From the sequence record NZ_CP137560.1: a stretch of DNA of 64,000 bases; one strand, 5' to 3'. The notes under the pieces are model-generated. The model saw only the letters and a program-made list of their open reading frames with translations. It searched no databases and had not been told where the DNA came from. The DNA comes from a plasmid. Position 1 is the first letter of the stretch. The number at the start of each line of letters is the position of its first letter. The position numbers were made by a program, and so were the translations under genes. Positions 1-10,924 of this stretch are shown one piece after another.

Positions 1-1
1 T

Positions 2-172
2 TATTTTGAATTGAATAAGGATGATATGTTTGCCAGTCGTCATCTTTTACATACAGTATTCTCATTTGGTCGCTTTGAGAAATTTGACCAAAATGCAATC
101 TGCGAAAATCAGAAGGATGCTATTTTAGATATAGCCAAGCGAATACATGAAGTTGAACCTTTATTAAATTAA
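2..172 (+). CDS. C-terminal fragment of an upstream hypothetical gene (open frame from the window edge to TAA at 170-172); ends 6 nt before the DUF262 gene, so probably the same operon
   Basis: Manual translation of the frame gives ...ILDIAKRIHEVEPLLN* with no internal stop from position 2. Not in the ORF track because it is short and has no start. Confidence 0.3.
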   Translation, partial: YFELNKDDMFASRHLLHTVFSFGRFEKFDQNAICENQKDAILDIAKRIHEVEPLLN

Positions 173-178
173 ACAAAA

Positions 179-2551
179 ATGAATGACATTAATGAAAAGA
201 TTGGATATAAACTCCAATCCAGCCATTTATACAATATGGAAGGGTTGTTTGTAAATTCAGACAATGCCAAAATAGTCATACCCGATTTGCAAAGAGAATA
301 TTGTTGGGGTACCGTTGGAAGTTTAGTTTCAGACTTTGTTTCAAATTTAATTACGCATTTCACTAATAATAAGTCCGAAGAACTTATTATGGGACTCATT
401 TATGGATATTACGAAAAAGAGCGTCCATACTTACAATTATGTGATGGTCAACAGCGTTTGACTACACTATATTTGCTAATGGGCATGCTCAATCTATATT
501 CATTAAAAAATGAATTTAAAGATTATCTTATTTCTGATTTTGAGTTAAAAGACGATGATAAGGAACCTACTTTGTTGTATGCAATAAGAGATTCCTCATT
601 ATATTTTTTGTCAGATTTAGTATGCCATTTTTTTATTGATTCAGATTTTGTTAGCAATGAATCTCCATCAGATTATATTATGAGTAGACCATGGTGGTTT
701 GTAGAATATAATGAAGACCCAACTATAAAAAGCATGTTAGCTGCATTAAATACAATACAGACTTTGATAAAAGAAAACTTTTCTGACGATATAAATAAGA
801 TAAGTCTTTTTGGTCATTATGTTGCTAGCCAGCTTCTTTTTATCTATTATGATATGGGAGGCCGTGAAGAAGGAGAGGAAACTTTCGTGATCATCAACAC
901 TACAGGTGAGCCATTGTCCTCAACTGAGAACTTAAAACCTCTTGTTGTGACAAATGGAACAGAGAATGAAAAAGTTTGGAAGAAGAATAGTGCAATTTGG
1001 GAAAAAATTGACAACTATTTTTGGCAATATGAAAACCGAGCAGAAAATTCTGACACATCAGATGCCGGAATGTACGAGTTTTTGAGGATTGTTGCAGCTC
1101 TATACAATCCCATGGATGCTATGCTTGAATATTTATCTGAGGATAAGTATTTTTTCCCATACAAAGATATTACTGTGGATATGATAGATTCTGTTTTTTC
1201 AGTATATAAGTCTATTGCTGATAATCCTGCATTGAAGGAAAATTGTGACCTTTTGAATCTCTCAGATAAAGCAATTGTGGGGAAAAAGAAGACTTTGAAG
1301 GATTATTTTGTTGTTTTACCAGTTTTGGCCTTTATGCTTCATGCGAAAAATCCTTCAGATTTAGATATAGAGAGAGTATATAGACTATTTGAAAATATGA
1401 CTCGTTATACAGATATAAATAGTAAATCAAATCAAATTGCAGATGCAATATTGTTGATGGAATATTTCAAGAATATTGCCAATTGTGATGTTTGTACATT
1501 ACTTGATGATACAAGCATTCATGCAAAGAAGATTCTTTCTCCTGAAGAGAGGATGCGTTTAGCTATTTATCGAAAAAATCCGAATTGTCGCCAACAAATA
1601 GAATCAATATTTAACAACCTATCAAGTAGATATTCTAATCTTCTGAAAGGGCGTGTCTCAAATCTTGTAAAATGGTCAGGGGCGCTTTGTTCTGATAATT
1701 TCTTTAGCATTCATGATTTCAAAGTAATCACAGAGAAGTTCGAGAAGATTTTCTTTAATTATAACCAAACTGTATCAGATTTAACGGCCATTTCATATGC
1801 TTGCTTTGCAAATATGAAAGATTATCCTGTTAGCACAAACAGTACAAACTATTCGTTCTTGTATCATTTGACCGATTGGAATGAACGTCTTTTCTCAGAG
1901 AAAAGCAATCTATCACAATTGGCATCAAATTTTGGTGAGTATTTGAATTCTCTTTCCGAGAATAATATTCATGAATCCCAAATCATGATGATTACAAATT
2001 GGTTAAATCAAACTTCTAATGCTTCTAGTGATTTATATTTCTTTATAAAATATTTTGAGAGCATGAACTTCTTTAATGATAATCAGGGAAATATTAAATT
2101 TAATGATGGTTTTTGGGGAAGACAGCTTTGCATAAAAGATCCGAGATTCTGTCAAATTATTTATAGTTCTTATAATAATTATAGGGATATATACTTGTAT
2201 GGCAATGATTGGATTGTGAGTGGTGAAAAAGCTTCAAATTGGAAAATCATTAACTGTTACAATGAAAATTCGTATGTGTGCCTCTTCACAGATCATAAAA
2301 AATATGATATAGCCATTGATTTAACTCTAAGTGATGATGCAAGAAATGGTCAAATTTATTTGTTTAAACGTGGTGATATTAATCGTAAACATTTTGATTT
2401 AAGTAAGATTTTTGAATTACCAATGTTTAAGGGCTCAACATCCGAGGATAATGGTCGGAAAACTGTTTTGATGCCAACAACCGAGGTCTTAGCTAATTTC
2501 TCTAAGATAAAAGATGAGATAGACAATGGCTTATCTTGTAAAATTAGTTAA
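179..2551 (+). CDS. DUF262 (ParB-like nuclease N-terminal domain) protein, 790 aa; candidate modification-dependent restriction or defence protein (GmrSD/SspE/DndB-like family)
   Basis: N-terminal motifs IPDLQREYCWG and LCDGQQRLTTLYLL match the DUF262 signature (QR-x-Y-x-W and DGQQR). No clear DUF1524/HNH motif was seen in the C-terminal part. Confidence 0.6.
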   Translation: MNDINEKIGYKLQSSHLYNMEGLFVNSDNAKIVIPDLQREYCWGTVGSLVSDFVSNLITHFTNNKSEELIMGLIYGYYEKERPYLQLCDGQQRLTTLYLLMGMLNLYSLKNEFKDYLISDFELKDDDKEPTLLYAIRDSSLYFLSDLVCHFFIDSDFVSNESPSDYIMSRPWWFVEYNEDPTIKSMLAALNTIQTLIKENFSDDINKISLFGHYVASQLLFIYYDMGGREEGEETFVIINTTGEPLSSTENLKPLVVTNGTENEKVWKKNSAIWEKIDNYFWQYENRAENSDTSDAGMYEFLRIVAALYNPMDAMLEYLSEDKYFFPYKDITVDMIDSVFSVYKSIADNPALKENCDLLNLSDKAIVGKKKTLKDYFVVLPVLAFMLHAKNPSDLDIERVYRLFENMTRYTDINSKSNQIADAILLMEYFKNIANCDVCTLLDDTSIHAKKILSPEERMRLAIYRKNPNCRQQIESIFNNLSSRYSNLLKGRVSNLVKWSGALCSDNFFSIHDFKVITEKFEKIFFNYNQTVSDLTAISYACFANMKDYPVSTNSTNYSFLYHLTDWNERLFSEKSNLSQLASNFGEYLNSLSENNIHESQIMMITNWLNQTSNASSDLYFFIKYFESMNFFNDNQGNIKFNDGFWGRQLCIKDPRFCQIIYSSYNNYRDIYLYGNDWIVSGEKASNWKIINCYNENSYVCLFTDHKKYDIAIDLTLSDDARNGQIYLFKRGDINRKHFDLSKIFELPMFKGSTSEDNGRKTVLMPTTEVLANFSKIKDEIDNGLSCKIS

Positions 2552-2738
2552 TAGAATAATGTTACATACATCCATCAACCTGCTGGTTTCAATTAACATC
2601 AAATGTAATGAAGAATATGTTTTTCAAATGTTCTTAGATGTGAGGGAAATATAATATACAGCTTTAAAGACTACTATCTGTGTTCAATGTAAATTTGAAC
2701 TAGATGGTAGTCTTTTTCAAACATTTTTTGGAAATCCA

Positions 2739-3470
2739 TCATTTAAAAGGTTTATCACGTTGTTGTTTGGATCGTTCAGCACTAACGTTATGTGAGCAAT
2801 AATCAGCGTCTCTAAAAATTCCATCATTGCCAGGAATGTGATAATATATATCTGTATTTCTGGCTCTACAATATTGACTCTTTTCCATCAATATCTTCAC
2901 GGCTTTTCGTGCTACTTTTGGATCTTGAGAGAATTTGCCATATTGCATTTCTTGTCTCCAAGGTGTCTGTTCTAACTCATAATTGAAAGTATCACTCAGC
3001 TGAACTGGGATGGCAGTTGTTGCTTCTATGCCGTAGCACCCATAGAAAAAGTGACGCAAAAGGTTGATGACTCGTTTAAAGATACCTTTACCTCTAAATT
3101 CAGGAAGGACTTCTATCTTATTAATTACCAATATATTGGAATTCATTTGGCATTCAAAAACAAGATTCTCATACTTTTCATTCAAGTTAGTTGTATTTGG
3201 ATCAAAAAATTCCTTATAAACTTGGAACTGATTGGATTCCATAAATGACTGCATGAGTACGTCTGGCTCTTTGTATTTTTGCGCTCGTTCAACGAGATAC
3301 AGTCCAACTGATCCTTTACCGGCTACCTCTTCGAAGTTCGGGTCATTCGGCTGGAGATCCTTATTACAATAAATAATCTCAAAATTGTAATGATTATAGT
3401 GGTCTTCCATGATATCATCTTCAGTGATTCCTGTTGAAATTTTAAGTTGAATTGCCATTGATTTATACAT
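2739..3470 (-). CDS. hypothetical protein, possible GNAT-like acyltransferase
   Basis: 243-aa ORF. The segment VINKIEVLPEFRGKGIFKRVI resembles a GNAT acetyl-CoA binding motif (R-x-x-G-x-G). Weak. Confidence 0.35.
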   Translation of the reverse strand: MYKSMAIQLKISTGITEDDIMEDHYNHYNFEIIYCNKDLQPNDPNFEEVAGKGSVGLYLVERAQKYKEPDVLMQSFMESNQFQVYKEFFDPNTTNLNEKYENLVFECQMNSNILVINKIEVLPEFRGKGIFKRVINLLRHFFYGCYGIEATTAIPVQLSDTFNYELEQTPWRQEMQYGKFSQDPKVARKAVKILMEKSQYCRARNTDIYYHIPGNDGIFRDADYCSHNVSAERSKQQRDKPFK

Positions 3471-4182
3471 TTAAGTGAATACTTTGTTATTCAGCTTATT
3501 AAAGCCTTATAACTTATCGGGTACAAAGGTAGTGGGTATAGTTCTATCCACCAAAATTCGCAGAATTAATCCCCTAATTTAACACTTTTGAATGTTTTGG
3601 TCTGAAAGAGGGTGGCTATAAGTTTAGCAATATTTATTTGAACTACCCACAAGCTAAAGACTTGTGGGATTCCGACTTCTTCAAGGAATGTTTGCATGCA
3701 AGTCTTACGCACTCTCCATCGGTGTAATCGACAGTTCCTGCCGATATCCTTGAAGCTAAAGATACAATCTGCGCAGAATATGAGGAAGCTTGTAATAAGA
3801 AATTTGAAGAAGAGATAAAAACATTTATCAATACAAATTTCCAAGAGCAAAAACCAGAGATAGGTGACAACATTGTTTGTACCTTTAGTTACAATGGAGT
3901 TTTAATGTTAGTCCACCCTATGTGTTGTGATGGGGGAATGGAGTATTAAAGCTTCTGTTAAAGGAAACCAAGGAAGCATCAAACCTGCACAGGAATTGTT
4001 CAGAAAACTTAGAGGAAATACCAAAACTGGTTATTTATTAGTCTCAGAAGACACTGTTGCTTCTAAGATAGAACTGGCGTTATCCTTTTCTGACGGATAT
4101 GTAGGGAATCTTAAATAGCTAAAATTTGTCCCGAAGACATTTTTGCTCCTCTCTTTTGAGATTAAAGAGAGGAGTTATCTTT

Positions 4183-5316
4183 TTATGCTTGCGTTTTTAC
4201 CTTTTGGAGTCGGTCTACTACCTTATAGCCCCTTCCATATCGTTTTCCTTTAATTCCTATGAGACCACCTTCATAGTAGTTTACGATGGAACTTCTATGT
4301 AGTTTACCAATGATGGCTTTGAGGCTATCTTCCTTGATATCTGGTCTATATTGGATGATGTCATTTAAGATGGATTCTCTTGTTTGTGGCTGATTGTATT
4401 TGGTCAATACTATTTCTACCGCTTTGGCTATGGAGATGCTTTGTGTTTCCAGTTCCTTTTCAGTGAGTGTAATTCCTTCAGGAGTTGCAGCGATAAGCTC
4501 TTCTTTTTTGGCTAGCAAGGTGAAAGAAATTGTATCGATGTCAAGATTGATGCCAAGAATGTCGGAAATGATACTTTTAAGGACGAATATAAAGAGTTCG
4601 CTATCTTTTCCTTTCAAGGATGTTTCCATTTTCCAATATCGTTTTTTGAAAGATAAACTGGTGAGGTCATCTAACTGCTCTTTGGTAACTTCTGCTTTAC
4701 CTAAAAGACGGTTGTTTGCGACATTTAAGAATGATGTGAAAGAAAATGAGGCAAACTGATTAGGGATAAGTAGGGTATAGATATGGTCATCATTCTCCTG
4801 AGCTTTTGGCTTTTTTAAGTTAATCATGCTCATACCTTTGACCAAAGCGATTAAAAATGCCATGCTTGCATAAGAGAGGGATGTTTGTTCATCAAGGCAG
4901 ATTCCTTTGTAATCAATGTTCTTCTCAGAAATATAATTCATGGAGAATAGGCCATAGCTTGGCCATTGTGAGGAATGGAGCAAGGAAATGAGATTGGCAT
5001 CATCAGGAAGACCAAGACCTCTATTGACGCTATCCACATATCGGCGCATGTTCTCCACCTCATCCCAAGTGGAAGGTAGCTCAGCTTCTGATGGGGCTGA
5101 TTCTCTTATTCCTGCAATGATACCCATTCTGATAACATCTGGAGATGTGGAGATTTGCAGGTAATTTACGAGTTTTGCAAACAAATTTGGCTGCCAGTTC
5201 ATTGACTCACCTGGTGCTTGATCAAAGAAATCGTCAAGATTGCTATCGTATTCTATATAATTTTGGCCCATAAAATAATTTTGTGATCTTGTACTAATAA
5301 TGTTTTCTTGGTGCAA
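4183..5316 (-). CDS. hypothetical protein (377 aa)
   Basis: Long clean ORF with no motif I can name. Sits next to the DUF262 gene. Confidence 0.4.
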   Translation of the reverse strand: MHQENIISTRSQNYFMGQNYIEYDSNLDDFFDQAPGESMNWQPNLFAKLVNYLQISTSPDVIRMGIIAGIRESAPSEAELPSTWDEVENMRRYVDSVNRGLGLPDDANLISLLHSSQWPSYGLFSMNYISEKNIDYKGICLDEQTSLSYASMAFLIALVKGMSMINLKKPKAQENDDHIYTLLIPNQFASFSFTSFLNVANNRLLGKAEVTKEQLDDLTSLSFKKRYWKMETSLKGKDSELFIFVLKSIISDILGINLDIDTISFTLLAKKEELIAATPEGITLTEKELETQSISIAKAVEIVLTKYNQPQTRESILNDIIQYRPDIKEDSLKAIIGKLHRSSIVNYYEGGLIGIKGKRYGRGYKVVDRLQKVKTQA

Positions 5317-5787
5317 AAGTAATAAAAATGAATGAGAATGCCAAGCTTATAGCTAAGTTTTTATCCGTCTTACCCTCTTTGCCAGAATTCCTTTTTAACA
5401 ATCTGACTTCAAATCAGATCGTGAAGAGTCCGCAAACAACGGATGACCATGATATACCTTCCCTGATAAGGCTATTATCTTTGTGACGGGTTAGATCTCT
5501 TTTACAAATTAACTTCATGTCATGGGAGGCTATGGAAGTCAGTATGGGTAAAACTCGAACAGGAAAGTATACTGAAAGTGACATTTGCGCTTTTACGCAA
5601 GTGCAGTATGTAGTGTGCCTGCCAATACTGTTTTTTACTTATTCCTCCAATTATAGTTACCCTATGCGAGGGAAATCTTTTTCGTTTTATAGAAAATACT
5701 TTGAATCTAAACACGAAATAAGCTTTTTTTATATGGATTGAAAAGAAATAACCAAATAAGGGTGTGTCATAAGTCCATGACGCACCC

Positions 5788-8505
5788 TTATTTGGTTATC
5801 GAGTGTTTAGTTTTCAAGGCATGATGAGGACTAGGAAGTTCATTGGATGACTCCTTATTAGCTCCTTGCTTGTTATCGGCAGCCAAGTTCTCTTGGCTTT
5901 CCACGATGCCATTGCCATCTACATCTTGCTCGATGGGAGTGGTACTTCTTAGGTCAATGCTTTTTCCATAGTTCTCCGATGTGCTTGCCTTTTCTGCATA
6001 CTGAAAGATGATTCCAGTGGAGCGTTCGGCTGCCGCAAGAGCATTCTTGGTGAACGATGGATTATCTTGGAGGAGTTCTTTCCAAAACTTATTATGGCTC
6101 AAGCTTCGTACCTCAAACTGATACTTCTGGCCAATCATGGCACTACCGATATGGGCAAGCAAATCTTCCTTAACCAGATTCTCATAACTAGTTATCTGGC
6201 TCTCCCTGATTCTAGTACTTCTCATAAGGCCTATCGAGAGGTCTCTATAAAAGTCATCCTGTCTATCATAGCAGTGTTGAGGTGACAGATGGATACAATC
6301 TTCCTTACTGCTATAGCTGGCAATATCCTTTTTACCATCAAAGTGGATGTTGGCAGGGTAGGATCCCACCTCCTTCAATCTTAAAAGGGAAGACACACTT
6401 GCCTGGTCTTGCTGGCCAAAGCGTGATTTCAACCATTCCCATCTTGACGGGTCTCTCTGGGGAAGGTCAGTTTGCTCTATATTATACAGCAGCAGGATGC
6501 CCTGTCCTGTGATGAGAGGAAACGGCTCTTTTCTCATATCAACTCTTAAGTTCGCCTTTTGTATCTCTTCTTGGGTGACATACAAAGGTAATTCGTAGCC
6601 TTCCTTTTCCGCCAAAAGTGCCAAGACAAGAGCATCTTTCCCGTGATAGGCATCACCATGAGAAGTGTGAGGTATGGCCTTTGGAGCTTGCAACCAAGGA
6701 ATTTCCGGATAGGTTAATTGCAAGTTTAACTTCTCTGCTATAAGTTTACCATATCGAATATAGGCCTCTTTTTGCTTGAAATCATCAGTGTGCCATCGTC
6801 CTTTCTCCGGAGAAACGAAGGCTTCTGAGAGTTCATGAAGTTGGATAACTTTTTGCCGTGGAGCAGGGGAGGCTGCGTCTTGAGAAAGTCCCTGATAAGC
6901 TTCCACAAGAGACATTACCTTATTCTTATAGTTCGTATAGCTTTGGTTGATTTTGTCTTCCAAATCCTTTCTGTCCTCTGGGCAGAGGAAGCAAACACTA
7001 CCATAATACTCTTCCTCAAGTGATTCATATCGGCTATATAAGTTACTCACCTCACTGCCAGATAAGAGTAGTTCAACGTCTCCTGAAAGGGCATTGCTCT
7101 TGTCTTTCAAGGAGTCAAAGTAGGGTTTGATGTCTTTGATCTCCTCTTTTGTATTATCGTGAACAGGAATGAGTTGTCGCTTTTGTTCCTCCTGAATCCT
7201 CTTCTGTTGAAACTCAAACTTACTCATACGCTTATTCAGTTCATCTTGCCCGCCTAGAATCAAGGATAATTCCTTGGTAAGCATTTGCAGACGTTCTGAA
7301 TGAGCTTTGCTTTCTCTGTTCAAGAGTTTGATTTCTCTTAAACCTTCATCTATCAGCCCCTCACGAATAGACGGATTATCATCTAAAGTAAGGGGTACTT
7401 CTTCATGGTTAGGATTCTTGAAGGCCGACAACTTTCTATTGGAAGATAAAACCAAACCATCAATCATGCCATGAGAAGTAGCGATATGATGGCTTTCCTT
7501 GAGCGCAACAATTGTAATATCACCAATCTTATTACCCATCAAAGTGGTTAGCTTATCCAATTGCGCATCCAAATTCTCTCTGTTAACCAAATTTTTGACG
7601 GCATTGATGAGCTCTTGATAGAGATAAGCATTGCTTGCATTGATGTTAACATGGTGAACTTTGTCACACTTCTCAGCCATATATACTCCAACAACCACCT
7701 CAGAATCACCCGAAAGCGTCCACATTTGAGGAATAATATTTTTTCCAAAATGTTTAGAATAAAGAACTTCTTGCAAGTCTGCTGAGAATGAACCACCTAG
7801 GGTAGGAGGATAGCTACGCCCTATGTCCTTGATTAGTTGTTTGAGTTCAGAGCCAGCTATCCCAATCTTCTCCCTCTCTTGTTTCCATTCCGTGGATTCT
7901 TTATGAGATAAACGCTTGAACTTTTGGGATGATAGCATCGCCTGAAACTCCGCCAATGTCAATTCTTGAAGCTTTGGATTTGAAGCAGGATTGTCATAAG
8001 ATGAGATTGAAACAGTAGGCCCCTTCTGCATATCCCGATGATAGACATCCACCATTATCACAGGATTTGTCTTGCTGCTTGAATTTTTAAAAAACTTACC
8101 AACCAAATCAGTTCCCACCTTATCCTCGATGATGGTTTCATAGTGTGAGGGGATATGATAGCCTTCTACCTTCAAAATTTGCAAACGTTCAGCTTGCCTT
8201 GTCTTTGTGTCAGCTTGCGGGACTCCATCAATCCAGGTGGTGAGAATACCATCCTTCCATTTTACTCCAGGCAGTTTCTTATCCCATTGAGCCTTATCTC
8301 TAGCCCATTTGCTCAACTGAATCGCCCATTTTTCCAGGATATTCAGCTCTTCCGTGGAAGAAGAGAGAAAATCTACTTCCTCAGAAGAAAAGAAGTGATC
8401 CTTGGGAAAAGGTTTCTTCTCACCGGTTGCTTCGCCTTTACCAAAGATAGACTGCCATCCCATGACGAACCGTTCCCCCAAACTTTTATTCATTGTATTG
8501 TTCAT
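5788..8505 (-). CDS. hypothetical large protein (905 aa), coiled-coil rich; possibly conjugative-element associated
   Basis: Long ORF. The central part is predicted coiled coil (EEQKRQ..., LKDKSNALS). No catalytic motif recognised. Confidence 0.4.
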   Translation of the reverse strand: MNNTMNKSLGERFVMGWQSIFGKGEATGEKKPFPKDHFFSSEEVDFLSSSTEELNILEKWAIQLSKWARDKAQWDKKLPGVKWKDGILTTWIDGVPQADTKTRQAERLQILKVEGYHIPSHYETIIEDKVGTDLVGKFFKNSSSKTNPVIMVDVYHRDMQKGPTVSISSYDNPASNPKLQELTLAEFQAMLSSQKFKRLSHKESTEWKQEREKIGIAGSELKQLIKDIGRSYPPTLGGSFSADLQEVLYSKHFGKNIIPQMWTLSGDSEVVVGVYMAEKCDKVHHVNINASNAYLYQELINAVKNLVNRENLDAQLDKLTTLMGNKIGDITIVALKESHHIATSHGMIDGLVLSSNRKLSAFKNPNHEEVPLTLDDNPSIREGLIDEGLREIKLLNRESKAHSERLQMLTKELSLILGGQDELNKRMSKFEFQQKRIQEEQKRQLIPVHDNTKEEIKDIKPYFDSLKDKSNALSGDVELLLSGSEVSNLYSRYESLEEEYYGSVCFLCPEDRKDLEDKINQSYTNYKNKVMSLVEAYQGLSQDAASPAPRQKVIQLHELSEAFVSPEKGRWHTDDFKQKEAYIRYGKLIAEKLNLQLTYPEIPWLQAPKAIPHTSHGDAYHGKDALVLALLAEKEGYELPLYVTQEEIQKANLRVDMRKEPFPLITGQGILLLYNIEQTDLPQRDPSRWEWLKSRFGQQDQASVSSLLRLKEVGSYPANIHFDGKKDIASYSSKEDCIHLSPQHCYDRQDDFYRDLSIGLMRSTRIRESQITSYENLVKEDLLAHIGSAMIGQKYQFEVRSLSHNKFWKELLQDNPSFTKNALAAAERSTGIIFQYAEKASTSENYGKSIDLRSTTPIEQDVDGNGIVESQENLAADNKQGANKESSNELPSPHHALKTKHSITK

Positions 8506-8616
8506 ACTTGCTTTATGCGAAAGAGCAGATAGGGATGATTGCCAAAGCTATGGTAGGGACCATTATGACGAGGCAAGCATTTCCCTATCTGGAAGTTATA
8601 TGTTCTTTAAAACTTG

Positions 8617-9231
8617 CTAATTAGCATTCCCGGAAACGTTTAAGTCCCAAGGGCAGATGGTGGAAACACGACAACCTATCTGCAGACTGTTCTTATATAC
8701 GTCTAACAACAAATCACCATGAACTTCCACATACTCACCAGCCTTGGCTGCATAATCAAGGAATTGGTTCAAGGTGAACTTAACCCAAGTGAAGGCACGT
8801 TTTTCGCCATCCTTATCGGCAGAGAATGCAGAGAAAGTCTTGAACGTTCCGCCGTTCTTGGTAGGGTAGCTCTCCAAGCCTTTTTTGCCAATTTTACCCT
8901 TAAACTCCATCTTGCCCTCAATCTTGTCGGCCTGTGATGTATCATTCTCTTTGATATCACCTTCTGCTCTTAGATTATAGTAGAGGGTATCTTCTACTTT
9001 CTTGATGTAGAGATTGCCTTGGATGGTGACCTTTTTACCAGCTGCATATTTGGCTGCAGTTGACGCATTACCTTCGGTTGTTACACCAATATGGAGCTCT
9101 TTTACACTCTTGTCTCGTCCCTCTATAGGAACCACGATAGTGAAGGCGAGGAACTTGCCACCTTTCTTGTTAGTTTTTTCCTGGGCACTGCTTACAATGA
9201 TGCCACAGGCTGTGATGTTACATTTGATCAT
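8617..9231 (-). CDS. hypothetical protein (204 aa), two internally similar beta-rich halves, possible OB-fold/ssDNA-binding type
   Basis: Repeated pattern GKFLAFTIVVPIEG... and GEKRAFTWVKFTLNQ... No firm family assignment. Confidence 0.35.
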   Translation of the reverse strand: MIKCNITACGIIVSSAQEKTNKKGGKFLAFTIVVPIEGRDKSVKELHIGVTTEGNASTAAKYAAGKKVTIQGNLYIKKVEDTLYYNLRAEGDIKENDTSQADKIEGKMEFKGKIGKKGLESYPTKNGGTFKTFSAFSADKDGEKRAFTWVKFTLNQFLDYAAKAGEYVEVHGDLLLDVYKNSLQIGCRVSTICPWDLNVSGNAN

Positions 9232-9266
9232 TATTCTTAGTCTATTAAATGATGAATATTCAATTA

Positions 9267-10703
9267 TTACACTTGCTTGAGAGAATGCGTTTGCTTTTCC
9301 TCAGGACACTCTGTCTCAAAATAAGTACTTGCCTGGAGTTGGAGCTTGGATGCGTCCACTTTTTCCCTATCACGTTTTACTATATTTTCCTCATCCTTGG
9401 ACAGCGCCTGCTCATTTTCCTCTTGGATACGACTTGATGCTTTGATGGCCTCTGAAATCTTAATCCTTGCTGCTATTGTCAGCGCTGCTGAGAATAATGT
9501 TGAGATAAGTTCCGAGAAGGCATCCTGGTTATTATTCTGCTCACCATTCATCTCCTTCAAGCAGGAAAGCCACTTGGTGGGGTCGTTAGAGTTGGTTATC
9601 TGAGCCAACAGTTGTTTGGACATATCCGCCTGTGGATAAGTAACCGGCTGCTTGATATATTGAGAACGATACTCAGCGAGAATGTCTTTTCCATCCTTCA
9701 TGAGGGGTATGGAATTTCCAGTCTCGCCTTCAATGGCAGCAAGATACTCACGTGGGTCAAATCTTTCCCATTTACCCTGAGAGTTAAGCAACTTGGTCTC
9801 AAAGTGAAGGTGTGGTCCAGAGGAGCGGCCTGTATTGCCAGAGATACCAATCTGTTGGCCGGCTTGCACGATGTCGCCCTTTTTCACATCTCTTTTACTC
9901 AAATGCATATATACACATTGAAGTTTGCTACCGTCTTCTTTAGTATATTCGACCGTTATCATGTTACCTGTAGCATTGCCTTTACAGGAGGCGACAACCT
10001 TTCCGTTGTTCTCGGTGGCATACACGGGTAAGTTCTTGTGACCAGTGGCGATGTCTATACCTCCATGCAGATGGTCACCTCTGTTTTCCTTGAACAATCC
10101 TGTAGCTTTAAGCCCCTGCATGTTGATTGGAAGGGCACAAGAAATTGTTTGTATAGGAAGTGAGGCTCCCATATTCTGAGCAAAGCCTATGGTTTTACCC
10201 ATTTTTTGAGCATAATCCCAAGCCATTTTATCATATCTGTCCAAATGATATCTCTCAATTTCTCCCACCAGGGCTTCCTTATAGCTTGGATTACTAGCAT
10301 AGCCGCCTCTGCAAATACCATCCGCCCATCCCTTGTAATCGAGCGGGCTTCGTGCAGCGCAATACTTTTGGTATCGCTGCAGCATGAGAACCTTGGAGTG
10401 GTCTTCTACACTTGCCCTCACATCACTATATACCCTGAAAGGCTCTGGATATTTATGGTCATCCAAATGATAACTGACAGGTCCGTTCCAAGAACTTCCT
10501 TTTTTTACGCCAAAAAAGTTAGAGTCATTCCTGGCTAACTTAGATGTTCCGAAGCTGCTCTCAAATCCCATCTGTGCCAGGGTGATGGATGCTGGTATGC
10601 CATACTTGATCTGTTGTTCGATGGCCACCGCTGCATATTTTTCGTAAAATGCTTTTTTGTCTATTGCCATGTTACTATGATTTTGTTGTCCATGAGATGG
10701 CAC
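9267..10703 (-). CDS. peptidoglycan hydrolase: N-terminal glucosaminidase (FlgJ/mannosyl-glycoprotein endo-beta-N-acetylglucosaminidase-like) plus C-terminal M23 peptidase
   Basis: N-terminal GIPASITLAQMGFESSFGTSKLARNDSNFFGVK is a glucosaminidase signature. M23 motifs HLHGGIDIATG...GNTGRSSGPHLHFE are present. This domain pair is typical of conjugative-element lysozymes. Confidence 0.8.
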   Translation of the reverse strand: MPSHGQQNHSNMAIDKKAFYEKYAAVAIEQQIKYGIPASITLAQMGFESSFGTSKLARNDSNFFGVKKGSSWNGPVSYHLDDHKYPEPFRVYSDVRASVEDHSKVLMLQRYQKYCAARSPLDYKGWADGICRGGYASNPSYKEALVGEIERYHLDRYDKMAWDYAQKMGKTIGFAQNMGASLPIQTISCALPINMQGLKATGLFKENRGDHLHGGIDIATGHKNLPVYATENNGKVVASCKGNATGNMITVEYTKEDGSKLQCVYMHLSKRDVKKGDIVQAGQQIGISGNTGRSSGPHLHFETKLLNSQGKWERFDPREYLAAIEGETGNSIPLMKDGKDILAEYRSQYIKQPVTYPQADMSKQLLAQITNSNDPTKWLSCLKEMNGEQNNNQDAFSELISTLFSAALTIAARIKISEAIKASSRIQEENEQALSKDEENIVKRDREKVDASKLQLQASTYFETECPEEKQTHSLKQV

Positions 10704-10924
10704 GAGGCCAACCCTATGGACTTATATTATCGGTGAAAACCTCTGGAGGGGGTATTCTCCTTGACTTCTTCCTTTTCCTCTTTGACTGCAGGAATTTGTT
10801 CTTGCTTGAGATTCTCATCTGCCTTCACAGAGTTTTTTTGCTCCACTTGCACTTCCTTGTTGACTGTAGGGATAAAACTTACGGCTGCAACAGCTTTCTT
10901 ATAGGCTGCCATATCATCTGCAAG

